Below, in pieces: positions 19,895-28,989 of a stretch of DNA of 64,000 bases. The notes beneath the pieces were generated by a model. That model was not told the DNA's origin. It saw nothing but the letters and a program-made list of their open reading frames with translations, and ran no database searches. A program made the translations under genes and the position numbers. How positions within the stretch are numbered: position 1 is the stretch's first letter; each line of letters starts with the position of its first letter. The stretch lies in the sequence record PP777464.1; one strand, written 5' to 3'.

Positions 19895-21129
19895 AAAACA
19901 ATTTTCTAGAACAAACTATTGTGAAACACTTAGCTGGTTCACAGGCGTATGGCACAAGCACACCAGAAAGTGATACAGATTATCGTGGTATCTTCCTTGC
20001 AAACAAAGAATATATCCTAACTCCTTTTTTTAATGTTAAGGAAGTTTCAGATACTTCTGAAGAAGATACTAAATTTTATGAAATCAATCAGTACTTAAGT
20101 CTGTATACTGAAGCTAACCCAAACATTCTTGAATCACTATGGGTTAAACCGGAACACATCGTAGAAAGTACTGAAATCTATGACTATCTACGCTCATTCA
20201 ATCAGCAATTATTGAGTTCAAAGATTGCACACTCATACAGTGGATATGCATACAATCAGGTTAAGCGTATGTCTAATCACCACGGCTGGCTCGATAAGGA
20301 ACGAATTGCTGAACGTAAACTAAATGAAATTTTAGAAGAACATCCAGTTGACGAAGTACTTTCATGGATGTATGATACATTTCCGCAGTATTTGGTTGAC
20401 CGTTTGAATAAATCCAATCTTCACCCATTCAATGCTACAAAAATTGATTTTGAAAAATACATGCGTGATACTTCATTACAATTAGTTTCAACACAAGCAT
20501 TGAAACAATATCATTTTGTACGTTTAGTACATAATTATAGTACTGATAAAGTATTAGATCGTGATTTCAATTTATTGAATTACAATTCTGGATATGAACT
20601 AATCCATTACGGTGAAAACATCTTTGGGGTAATTATCAACCCGAATGAAAGTACAGTGAATGCTGATGGTTCACTACGTTACTTCAACAAAGAACGTACT
20701 ACAGAAGAATTGAAAGTTCGTCCTGAACTCATTGTAAAATTCAATGAAAAAGAATACAAAGAAAATAGTGAGAACCGTAAGAGTTATCACAAATGGAAGC
20801 AGAATCGTAATGCCAAACGTGCTATTCTTGAATCACACCACGGTTATGATTGTAAACACGCAATGCATACAGTCAGGCTGCTGAATACAGCACAGGAAGC
20901 ACTTGAAACTGGTATCATCCAAGTTCACCGACCGGATGCTGCTATGTTGATGGACATTCGTAACGGGAAGTGGTTGTATCAAGAAGTTATGGATTATTTC
21001 AACGAAAAGGTTGACTACATCCGAAATGTGGCGTATCATAAGACCCATCTACCGAAGCGACCAAACATAAAGTTGGCTACGAAGGTACTATTAGATATCC
21101 GTGAAATGCAATGGTACAGTAAAAAATAA
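19891..21129 (+). CDS. RlaP-like pol-beta superfamily nucleotidyltransferase
   Basis: GSQAYGTSTPESDTDYRGIF, NPNILESLW, GYDCKHAMHTVRLL. Confidence 0.85.
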   Translation: MKNNFLEQTIVKHLAGSQAYGTSTPESDTDYRGIFLANKEYILTPFFNVKEVSDTSEEDTKFYEINQYLSLYTEANPNILESLWVKPEHIVESTEIYDYLRSFNQQLLSSKIAHSYSGYAYNQVKRMSNHHGWLDKERIAERKLNEILEEHPVDEVLSWMYDTFPQYLVDRLNKSNLHPFNATKIDFEKYMRDTSLQLVSTQALKQYHFVRLVHNYSTDKVLDRDFNLLNYNSGYELIHYGENIFGVIINPNESTVNADGSLRYFNKERTTEELKVRPELIVKFNEKEYKENSENRKSYHKWKQNRNAKRAILESHHGYDCKHAMHTVRLLNTAQEALETGIIQVHRPDAAMLMDIRNGKWLYQEVMDYFNEKVDYIRNVAYHKTHLPKRPNIKLATKVLLDIREMQWYSKK

Positions 21130-21139
21130 GAGGATTGTT

Positions 21140-21556
21140 ATGCTAAACGAACAAATCAAAGACGCACTACGTGTACTGAATCGCGAAGTTAACCGCATCC
21201 ATAAAAGTACTGATCGTTATAAACTAATGCATGAACTTAGACTTTCGTTGGAAGCTATCAATAATGGCGAATGGTATCTTGAACCAGAATATCGCACTCG
21301 TGAATTAACTGACGTTGAAAAAGCAATTGTCAAATTCATTACAAGTCGCGACAAAAATGCATCCGAAAAAGATGTATCAATGAACTTCCATCTTACTAAA
21401 TGTGAAGTCGTGGAAAAATTTAAATTCGATTGGCTTGACTGGATTGAAATGATCATGGAACTTGAAGAAGAATTCAAAGTTGAAGTTGATTTGGAATACG
21501 AGAATGAAAACACTAAACTGTATAAACTCGTAGATCATATTCAAAAAATGTTGTAA
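21140..21556 (+). CDS. acyl carrier protein-like domain fused to an N-terminal extension; attachment Ser replaced by Trp
   Basis: FKFDWLDWIEMIMELEEEFKVEVD aligns with ACP [24 protein letters not shown]; GAGG RBS before 21140. Confidence 0.7.
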   Translation: MLNEQIKDALRVLNREVNRIHKSTDRYKLMHELRLSLEAINNGEWYLEPEYRTRELTDVEKAIVKFITSRDKNASEKDVSMNFHLTKCEVVEKFKFDWLDWIEMIMELEEEFKVEVDLEYENENTKLYKLVDHIQKML

Positions 21557-21609
21557 ACATATAATATAGTACACTCTAAATAATATTACCAACTATAGGA
21601 GATGTTATT

Positions 21610-21984
21610 ATGAGTGTACTAGAAATTATTGTTTCAAAAGTTTTAATACCATATTGGAAACCAATTTTGGTAGTAGGAGTAATGGCAGGTTGTGTTTACG
21701 GTGGATGGTCAGCAAATACTTATTATACTGGTTATAAAGAAAGTATTGACCAAAAAATAGAAAAGAAAGTTGATTCTGCACTCGCTAAGATGCAGCAAGA
21801 AAATGCAAAAAACTATATAGAAACCAAAAAGATAATGCAAGATAATGCTAAAGTTATTGAGACACAAGTGCCTATTATAGTAGAAAGAGAAGTTTACAAA
21901 AACGTATGTCTAGATGAAGATGGCGTTAAACTTCTGAATGAACTTAAACAGAATTCCCTTGCAGCGAGGAATAAATTCAAATGA
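21610..21984 (+). CDS. inner-membrane spanin (Rz-like)
   Basis: N-terminal TM, coiled coil, VIETQVPIIVEREVYKNVC. Confidence 0.7.
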   Translation: MSVLEIIVSKVLIPYWKPILVVGVMAGCVYGGWSANTYYTGYKESIDQKIEKKVDSALAKMQQENAKNYIETKKIMQDNAKVIETQVPIIVEREVYKNVCLDEDGVKLLNELKQNSLAARNKFK

Positions 21985-22295
21985 AATACGCTTTAGTATT
22001 TGCAATTTCTTTTCTATTAATTAGTGGTTGTGCTGAAGAAATTAAGTATCAACCTAAGCCAATTGTAGAACAAGAAATCTTACTTGAACGTTGTGATGAA
22101 AACACACCACTACCAAGTAAGATCATGGTCGATAAAAATGGGTTCAGAGGATATGATGGTGCTGAAATTCTCGCAGTACTTGCAAAATGGGATGCAATGT
22201 ACAATGACTGTGCACTAAAACATGATGCATTAATTAAAACTATTCGTGATTTACAAAATCAAGATGTTAAGGTTAAAATTAAATCCGAGGATTAA
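21981..22295 (+). CDS. outer-membrane spanin lipoprotein (Rz1-like)
   Basis: Lipobox ISGC, Pro-rich segment, YNDCALKHDAL; follows the i-spanin. Confidence 0.7.
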   Translation: MKYALVFAISFLLISGCAEEIKYQPKPIVEQEILLERCDENTPLPSKIMVDKNGFRGYDGAEILAVLAKWDAMYNDCALKHDALIKTIRDLQNQDVKVKIKSED

Positions 22296-22297
22296 AA

Positions 22298-22909
22298 ATG
22301 TCAAAATATCAGGTCTACTATGTTGCCAAACTATCACTTCTTGATGAGTTAAATCAAAGAAGTACGCAGATGAAACGCTATACATATAACGGTGTTACTT
22401 TCCGATACTTCCCACAAAAAGTACTTACATTCGTTAAGAATCGTAAATGCGTTGCGTGTGGTATTGAAGCCACTGAAGTTCGCATTGAGCGTTCACATAG
22501 CACTGATCCGGTATATGGTAAACCTCACTTAAATGTCTATGCAGTTTGTGGTCTATATGAAGTACTGATGACAGTAGATCATAACCAACTAGCATCTAAG
22601 GGTGGACCTGATTTAGAGTCAAATTACAACACCATGTGTTCACGTTGTAACAGTCTTCGTTCTAATAAAACTGAATCAGTAGATGAATTCCTGGAAAAAG
22701 TTAAGGGTAGAAATCTACTGGAAGAACATATGAATGATTTTTTCAATAAAGATAAGAAGAAATCTAAAATTCCTACGCCAGAAGAATTGGAAGAACGCCG
22801 TTTACGTACAGAACTATGGGAAACCGACCATATATGGCATGTTCGTGATTTTGGACGACATATGAAAGCTCTAAAAAAAGAACAAAAGAAATTGAATAAT
22901 CACAATTAA
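22298..22909 (+). CDS. HNH-family endonuclease
   Basis: CVACG...MTVDH...SKGG...NYNTMCSRCN. Confidence 0.8.
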   Translation: MSKYQVYYVAKLSLLDELNQRSTQMKRYTYNGVTFRYFPQKVLTFVKNRKCVACGIEATEVRIERSHSTDPVYGKPHLNVYAVCGLYEVLMTVDHNQLASKGGPDLESNYNTMCSRCNSLRSNKTESVDEFLEKVKGRNLLEEHMNDFFNKDKKKSKIPTPEELEERRLRTELWETDHIWHVRDFGRHMKALKKEQKKLNNHN

Positions 22910-22919
22910 TATGTTATGA

Positions 22920-22952
22920 TAGGGACTTGAGAAATCGAGTCCCTATTTTTTT
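22920..22952 (+). terminator. rho-independent terminator
   Basis: TAGGGACTTGA...TCGAGTCCCTA plus T run. Confidence 0.7.
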
Positions 22953-22963
22953 GGAGAAAATAA

Positions 22964-23320
22964 ATGAAATCTAAAATCTTTTTACCGCAGTTAATGTGGC
23001 ATCTGGCAGAGTTAGATGAAGATGATGAATATACTGACTATGGTACATGGGATGACAGTACTGAATCATTCAATCCCGATGTTAAGTACAAAATCATTAG
23101 TAATGAAAGTAAAGGGCATAGACGATGGACAGAAGAATTTGATCTAGTTTTTCTTGACATGAACACGAACAAATATTATCATTGTACGTATGAACGAGGT
23201 TTAACAGAAGATAGACCAGCAGAACCATTCAGAAATGAAACTGATGGTGTTAAGTGCTATGAAGTTTCTGTTACCAGAGAAGAAATTATCACTTATCGAA
23301 CTTTGTGGAAATATTTGTAA
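22964..23320 (+). CDS. hypothetical protein
   Basis: GGAG RBS, acidic. Confidence 0.75.
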   Translation: MKSKIFLPQLMWHLAELDEDDEYTDYGTWDDSTESFNPDVKYKIISNESKGHRRWTEEFDLVFLDMNTNKYYHCTYERGLTEDRPAEPFRNETDGVKCYEVSVTREEIITYRTLWKYL

Positions 23321-23718
23321 TGCTAAAAGAATTAGATTTTTCAAACTTAGAAATCATCAGTGCTGTTAAAAATATCTCTGACTTTGGAGATGAGAAGTCA
23401 GTACTGGTAACTGTTACATTCGTCAAAGAACAGGATAGCTATAGCCATTTAGATGGTATTGAAGAACTAATTCACAAGACTAATCTACAAAACGATGGTA
23501 AACTCATCAAGCTTCAGGCTTCCTATACGCAAAAATCGTCATTTTTTGTAGACCTAAATAATGTAGTCAAGGTGGTATACAATCACCCTGAACACAAATA
23601 CAGGAACACAACAAGAAACGAGAATGATGCTATAGACTCCAATATCAAAGAGGATGTCGAATTCATCAACACAATTTTTGACCGTTGTTCCAAGGATTTG
23701 AAAAAGGTATACATGTAA
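23320..23718 (+). CDS. hypothetical protein
   Basis: TAATG overlap start. Confidence 0.7.
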   Translation: MLKELDFSNLEIISAVKNISDFGDEKSVLVTVTFVKEQDSYSHLDGIEELIHKTNLQNDGKLIKLQASYTQKSSFFVDLNNVVKVVYNHPEHKYRNTTRNENDAIDSNIKEDVEFINTIFDRCSKDLKKVYM

Positions 23719-23738
23719 CGGGACATAATACATCCTAG

Positions 23739-23747
23739 TGATATAAT
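23739..23747 (+). promoter_or_regulatory. extended -10 sigma70 promoter
   Basis: TG-A-TATAAT directly before the non-coding block. Confidence 0.55.
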
Positions 23748-23754
23748 GTATATT

Positions 23755-24268
23755 GTAAAATGACAACGGACATTGAAAAATGGATAATGAGAACCTACTT
23801 CTCTTGAAAATGTAAAGGATAGATGAGCTTTACCGTTGTAGCGAACAGCAAAAGAAACCTGTTAGAGTACTGGCAATCAAACAAACACGAGATAAGACCA
23901 CGAATCACGGCGACACGGCTGTATAAAGAACTCCAATAAGCACACAGAGAGTTCCTAGATAGATGTATAAGGTTCGCACCTTACGAATTTGCTAAGGGAG
24001 TTCAAGGATTGTGGACGCGATTTTACAAGAAAGTTGCGTCCAAAATTTGAGAACAGGTACTACTTTGATCGAATAGAGTTTAGTACTGAGTGCTGTTGAT
24101 GAAAAGACCAGCGACCGTTGCATATGACTGCGATAGAGAGAAACCGAGCAACCCGCTTTCGCTCTCTAAATTTTGGTACAGGAAAGATCCGTCCAAAATT
24201 TGAGAAATTCGCAATTCGATAATATCCGATGCCATCATCGTCAAGAGAGACTTAATTGTCTCTTTTTT
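23755..24268 (+). ncRNA. candidate large structured non-coding RNA (~500 nt), unclassified
   Basis: No long ORF, visibly higher GC, many helices, a 17-nt internal direct repeat, promoter upstream and terminator downstream. Confidence 0.5.
24243..24268 (+). terminator. rho-independent terminator
   Basis: AGAGAC-TTAATT-GTCTCT plus T run. Confidence 0.75.
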
Positions 24269-24408
24269 ATTACCTTCATTCCCCTGCGGGGGGATGAAAT
24301 AGTCCTCAACAAATCCCGTCAAGCTTTTAAAGTACATTATCATTTTCAGAAGGAACTAGTTTACGAAGTAAACGTAGTGACTTCTTGAGTTACGAGAGAA
24401 CGAAGTGA

Positions 24409-24837
24409 ATGAGTAACACAACGAAAATATCCAATACATCTGAATTAACACAAATGTTATTCAAAGAATATTTTGAGTATCAAATCAAAAGCGATCATAA
24501 TTTGGTTCAGACCTATTTGAAGAGAATCAAAGATCCATTAAGTTTAAACAAAGGAACTGAATTTTATAACAGTATTTTAGACTTTATTAATTTAGTTCAT
24601 ACAAACAGACCTATTGTAGTTTTCTTCTTTGATAAATCAATTCCTGTAGAAGTTCCTGATAATGTATTTTTTGTTACAGAAACTGATTTAAGTAATCAAA
24701 GTACTGTAAGTAGATTAAGGAATTGCTTACTTATAATTTGTGATTCTTCATTATATAACAATAGAGTACTATGGAATAGAAGTAAGAGAAATGCAGTTTC
24801 AGAAATGAATCCTGAAGTTACCTTTATTATTAACTAA
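24409..24837 (+). CDS. hypothetical protein
   Basis: 142-aa ORF with phage-like codon use. Confidence 0.65.
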   Translation: MSNTTKISNTSELTQMLFKEYFEYQIKSDHNLVQTYLKRIKDPLSLNKGTEFYNSILDFINLVHTNRPIVVFFFDKSIPVEVPDNVFFVTETDLSNQSTVSRLRNCLLIICDSSLYNNRVLWNRSKRNAVSEMNPEVTFIIN

Positions 24838-24867
24838 ATACCATAGAATAACTCTAAGGAGAGATTT

Positions 24868-25308
24868 ATGGAAAATATTAATGATTTACGACATGTAATG
24901 GACTTTATCGGAGATACTGAAGAAGATAGTTCTTATGATGAAGTACTACTTACATTTATTGAGAATAGTTTATTTTTAAGTGCTGCTGCTCACAACTGGC
25001 ATTTACAGAGCCATTTCTACACGAAGCACCTACAATTGGATGAACTATACAAAGAGTTACCTGAGTACGTTGATGCATTTGTAGAGGGTATTATGAACAC
25101 TCGCGGGGCATTGCAGGTAGGTACTGGTAACAGTTATCGTTTTACCCCTATCGAGGATTGTGTACCAATTCTTGAAGAATATGTTAGTCAATGTAAAGCC
25201 ATTCATGCTATGCTAGAAGAGGCTGAAGACTATGGTAGTACTAACACGCTAGAAGACATTATGAGTTTTTGTGAAGGAATGCTTTACAAACTCAAAGTTT
25301 TACAATAA
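24868..25308 (+). CDS. ferritin/Dps-like protein
   Basis: AHNWHLQ...KHLQLDELY.ELPEYVDAFVE four-helix pattern; TAAATA at 24835. Confidence 0.7.
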   Translation: MENINDLRHVMDFIGDTEEDSSYDEVLLTFIENSLFLSAAAHNWHLQSHFYTKHLQLDELYKELPEYVDAFVEGIMNTRGALQVGTGNSYRFTPIEDCVPILEEYVSQCKAIHAMLEEAEDYGSTNTLEDIMSFCEGMLYKLKVLQ

Positions 25309-25356
25309 AATATATGGAGAGTCATTGTGACTCTCCTTTTCTTTTGGAGAAATAAA

Positions 25357-25974
25357 ATGAAATCTCATGATTTAGCAAAATTACTACTATCTCAACCAAA
25401 TCTAGACATTTATCATTATGATGTGGATAGTGAATTGCATTATCAGAATTTTGATAATAAATTAATGGTCACCCCATCTGGTATTTTCACAACGGCAAAA
25501 CCCACATCAGTTTCTGAAAATGTACTTACACCATATGAAACCCCACTCTTGGGTCATGTACAAATTTTCTTTAAGGATGGTACTATTACTCCAAAATTGG
25601 AGGGTTCATCTATTCAAACTGTTCTTAACTTAGAATCTGGGTTGATATTTAACATTCCTTATGAAAAGCCAATTGTTTTATTAGGTAAAAATCAATCAGC
25701 ACCATCAGGGAATCAAAATGCTGTTTGGTATACACCCGATGATATTGATTTCATTTCTGTACTGACAGAATATGAACCTAGTACTTGGCATGGAACATGG
25801 GAAACTATGTCGTATGATGAAGCAATTGAATGTGGTAAAAATTTAGTTAAAATGTTATTTCCACAAAAAGAAGAACTTTCACAAGAACAAATTGATTCAT
25901 TTTCTAAAGATTTTCCTGATTCTGAATTCAATGTAAAAGTATCACCTTCTATTATTGATAAACTTGAAAAATAA
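25357..25974 (+). CDS. hypothetical protein (paralog of 26714-27301)
   Basis: MKSHDLAKLLL...TPSGIF...TP...P.LG...YTPDD. Confidence 0.75.
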   Translation: MKSHDLAKLLLSQPNLDIYHYDVDSELHYQNFDNKLMVTPSGIFTTAKPTSVSENVLTPYETPLLGHVQIFFKDGTITPKLEGSSIQTVLNLESGLIFNIPYEKPIVLLGKNQSAPSGNQNAVWYTPDDIDFISVLTEYEPSTWHGTWETMSYDEAIECGKNLVKMLFPQKEELSQEQIDSFSKDFPDSEFNVKVSPSIIDKLEK

Positions 25975-25990
25975 AAAAAAGGATTAAAAA

Positions 25991-26344
25991 ATGAGTGATT
26001 ACCGCGTAACATCTGGACTAATGGCCCGTCTTATTGAAGCAGTTCCTGAAGATGATTATGAAGCTATTTCAGATCGTCTTTTTGACGCAGATTCTAAACT
26101 CCATATTACATATGATGGTACATTGATTTACAGTACTGATATTGATATGTCTAGTTATGAATTTGAGATTTCTTTTGGTAACAAACTAACTACTGAAGAA
26201 TTCGCTCGAAAATGTGAGCGTGAAGGATTCTGTATTGATATTAGTTCAGTTCAGCCATATACATCACTGTGGTATGATGGTGCTGATAGTCCAATGTCTA
26301 CTACATCTTTACAGGATTTTCTAAATGCAAATCAAAAAGATTAA
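25991..26344 (+). CDS. acidic hypothetical protein
   Basis: ORF tiling. Confidence 0.75.
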   Translation: MSDYRVTSGLMARLIEAVPEDDYEAISDRLFDADSKLHITYDGTLIYSTDIDMSSYEFEISFGNKLTTEEFARKCEREGFCIDISSVQPYTSLWYDGADSPMSTTSLQDFLNANQKD

Positions 26345-26717
26345 ATTCCACCAGCATTGTTCTATACATGAATGTGATGATTGTGGTATGAACATGAGTG
26401 ACATTTATACAGTTTCCTGTAAAGGATTCAAATTCACTCACGGTGAACCTGCATATTGTTATGGCACAGAAGAAGGTGATATCGAAGTAGTTCTGAAAGA
26501 ATTGTTCCAGTACTTGCAAAGTGCTGGTCATGATGTTACAATGCCCACATATTACGAAGATGATTATGACTCACATGTAGAAGAAAATACATATTATAAT
26601 CAATTCGTTCATGGTAATGGCTTTATCACATACCTTCATGAGAATGGTATTGAGGTAAAAACTAAGTACACTAGTGATGATTACGAAAGTGATGACTCTA
26701 TGGAGATTGAAGATTGA
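26325..26717 (+). CDS. acidic hypothetical protein with CxxC
   Basis: HECDDCG. Confidence 0.7.
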   Translation: MQIKKIKFHQHCSIHECDDCGMNMSDIYTVSCKGFKFTHGEPAYCYGTEEGDIEVVLKELFQYLQSAGHDVTMPTYYEDDYDSHVEENTYYNQFVHGNGFITYLHENGIEVKTKYTSDDYESDDSMEIED

Positions 26718-27301
26718 AAGCAAAAGACCTAGCAGCACTGTTGATGCAGAACCCTGAAATGGAAGTGTATCATGAGCACATGCATATTGATGATATGTGT
26801 GACTCTTATTATTCACCAGAAAATGTATCTGGTATTGAAATCACACCAAGTGGTGTATTCATCAGTACTGAACGTATGGATTACAATTCCCAGCAAGAAA
26901 TCAAAACTCCACATAATAAACCTCGCATTGGTGCTATTGACCTAGTATTTCATCAGGACCGTTTGGTTGAATATGATGAAGACGATGGTACTACCCGAAC
27001 TGATGTTGAGAATGTTGTTTTTCCTTTTTATAATGCATACGAAGACCCAACAACTGGGGAAGACTTATTTCGTGAGCTATTAGAGGATGGACAAGTTTAT
27101 GGTCAGAATGGAACAGTTTTCACACTAGACCCTAATTATGAACCAGATCATAACACATGGCAATTCTACACACCTGAAGATGTAATGGAAGTTAAAGTAC
27201 TTACAGATCTTGACGATAATTGGAACCCAGTATATACTTCAATGACATTTGAAGAAGCAAAAAACCATTTCGTTTCTAAACTAAACATTACAAAAGAATA
27301 A
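26714..27301 (+). CDS. hypothetical protein (paralog of 25357-25974)
   Basis: MKAKDLAALLM...TPSGVF...TP...P.IG...YTPED; TTG start after GGAG. Confidence 0.75.
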   Translation: MKAKDLAALLMQNPEMEVYHEHMHIDDMCDSYYSPENVSGIEITPSGVFISTERMDYNSQQEIKTPHNKPRIGAIDLVFHQDRLVEYDEDDGTTRTDVENVVFPFYNAYEDPTTGEDLFRELLEDGQVYGQNGTVFTLDPNYEPDHNTWQFYTPEDVMEVKVLTDLDDNWNPVYTSMTFEEAKNHFVSKLNITKE

Positions 27302-27305
27302 GGAT

Positions 27306-27596
27306 TTGAAATTTATGAAAATTGTCGCAAGTGCATGGATGAAACTTACTGATGGTACTACTGCTTTTGAAGAGTATGGTTTTGTTGAAAGTGTAGAAGA
27401 ATTAAAGCGTTTCAAAAGTGAAAATGATGATGATGTATTTGACATTGTATTCACCTATCACCATATTCCAAATGATACAGATTATGAACATTATTATTAC
27501 AATCCAGACCTATTGGAAACACTAGTGTGCGACAATCAACATGAAATTGATGAAAACACTGCTCTACTAATGCTGAGTACCGTATCTCCGGTATAA
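27306..27596 (+). CDS. hypothetical protein
   Basis: ORF tiling. Confidence 0.7.
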   Translation: MKFMKIVASAWMKLTDGTTAFEEYGFVESVEELKRFKSENDDDVFDIVFTYHHIPNDTDYEHYYYNPDLLETLVCDNQHEIDENTALLMLSTVSPV

Positions 27597-27604
27597 GGAG
27601 TTAT

Positions 27605-28084
27605 ATGTATAACCTTACAATTATCCGCGAACCAAATGATTATGAAGGTAATACAATCTATGGTGAAGTTTTGGTATTTCAAAGTACTGAACAAAGTGGT
27701 ATTGAACATAAATTAAAAGATTATTTACGTGATCATTTATATCTGTACCGTACTGATGCAAATTGTAATTATGGTGATATAATGTTTATTGTAACGCACA
27801 ATGGTGCGGTAATTGAACATGTGAACATGACAAATGTAATGGATTTTTATAATTACACTGATACTTCTTTTCCATTGGATAACTATTTCAGTACTGTTTT
27901 TGATGCGTTACGTAAGAACGTTGCTAAAAATGATAGATTCTGTACTAATTTTAGATTATTAGAAACAAATACAAGAAAGAATCTTTCTAAGAAGTATGAT
28001 GAAGAACATAAGAAAAATCAGGAAATTCAACGTTTACATGAGTTAATGAAGAAATATCCCAACGAGGTCAAATATGGCTCTTAG
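27605..28084 (+). CDS. hypothetical protein
   Basis: AAGGAG RBS. Confidence 0.75.
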   Translation: MYNLTIIREPNDYEGNTIYGEVLVFQSTEQSGIEHKLKDYLRDHLYLYRTDANCNYGDIMFIVTHNGAVIEHVNMTNVMDFYNYTDTSFPLDNYFSTVFDALRKNVAKNDRFCTNFRLLETNTRKNLSKKYDEEHKKNQEIQRLHELMKKYPNEVKYGS

Positions 28085-28412
28085 AGGACAAACTCAATAT
28101 AAGTGTATTGAAGAAATCAGAAAGAAAGATGGAACACTTTTTGACAGGAAATTAAAACAAGAATATAAAGACCTAAGAGATGTTATCCGAAATGAAAGTT
28201 TCGGTGGGAAGCGTAGACAGAAGATTTATGAATTTCTGAAGAATGGTTTAGAAATTCAAGTCAATGGTCTTCATTGTGTACAAACCAAAAACGATCCAGA
28301 TATTTTACGTCTTTTAAAAGAGGGTAAAATAGAAATGTTCAATATCCCAATTTCATCCTATGGTAATAGATTAAAATGTAAGCACACGTACTTAAGGATT
28401 AAAAATGGGTAA
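28074..28412 (+). CDS. hypothetical protein
   Basis: GAGG RBS. Confidence 0.75.
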   Translation: MALRGQTQYKCIEEIRKKDGTLFDRKLKQEYKDLRDVIRNESFGGKRRQKIYEFLKNGLEIQVNGLHCVQTKNDPDILRLLKEGKIEMFNIPISSYGNRLKCKHTYLRIKNG

Positions 28413-28989
28413 ATTAGTATATTACTATGGTAGTATGTCTAGTGGTAAAAGTACTCATCTTTTACAAAAAGCATATAACCATAAGAAAAATGGAATGAAG
28501 GTAATTTACTTAACCAGTGCACTTGATGATCGTTATGGAACAGGAAAGATTACTTCAAGAATTGGCATCGAAGCTGTGGCTGAAGTAATTCCAAAAAATG
28601 ACATTAGTGTTCTTCTTAAAGTTAAAGAAACACTCAAAAATGACGTTGACATTAACAGTATCTATGTTGATGAATGTCAATTTTTAAACAGAGAACAAAT
28701 TGACCATTTAGCTGATATAGCAGATAATTATGGTGTTGATGTTTCCTGTTATGGAATACGAACAGATTTTGAATCCAATCTTTTTGAAGGTTCACAAAGA
28801 CTGTTCGAAATAGCTGATGACATACATGAACTTAAGAACGTGTGTGAGAATCAGAAGTGTGGCAAAGAAGCCACTATGAATGCCCGTATAGTTGAAAGTA
28901 CTGATAAAGTCTTTATTGGTGGTGATGAATCATACAAGAGTCTATGCAGAACTTGCTATATGGATTATATGAGGAATAAAAATGGTTGA
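28405..28989 (+). CDS. tdk: thymidine kinase
   Basis: YGSMSSGKST, VDECQF, YGIRTDF, F.GS..LFEIAD, zinc Cys motifs, IGG.ESYKSLCR. Confidence 0.95.
   Translation: MGKLVYYYGSMSSGKSTHLLQKAYNHKKNGMKVIYLTSALDDRYGTGKITSRIGIEAVAEVIPKNDISVLLKVKETLKNDVDINSIYVDECQFLNREQIDHLADIADNYGVDVSCYGIRTDFESNLFEGSQRLFEIADDIHELKNVCENQKCGKEATMNARIVESTDKVFIGGDESYKSLCRTCYMDYMRNKNG

Noticed and set aside
22298-22909. HNH gene as a mobile homing endonuclease or intron, or partner of the ncRNA
   Set aside because: It interrupts no gene, has no intron structure and is separated from the ncRNA by a terminator and two genes.
23755-24268. tRNA, tmRNA or CRISPR array
   Set aside because: GGTTCGCACC has a 6-nt rather than 7-nt T-loop with no cloverleaf; no tmRNA-like termini; the 17-nt repeat occurs only twice with a 136-nt gap.
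24080-24388. ORFs 24080-24343 (minus) and 24173-24388 (plus)
   Set aside because: No RBS, atypical codon use, and they run through a terminator and hairpins.
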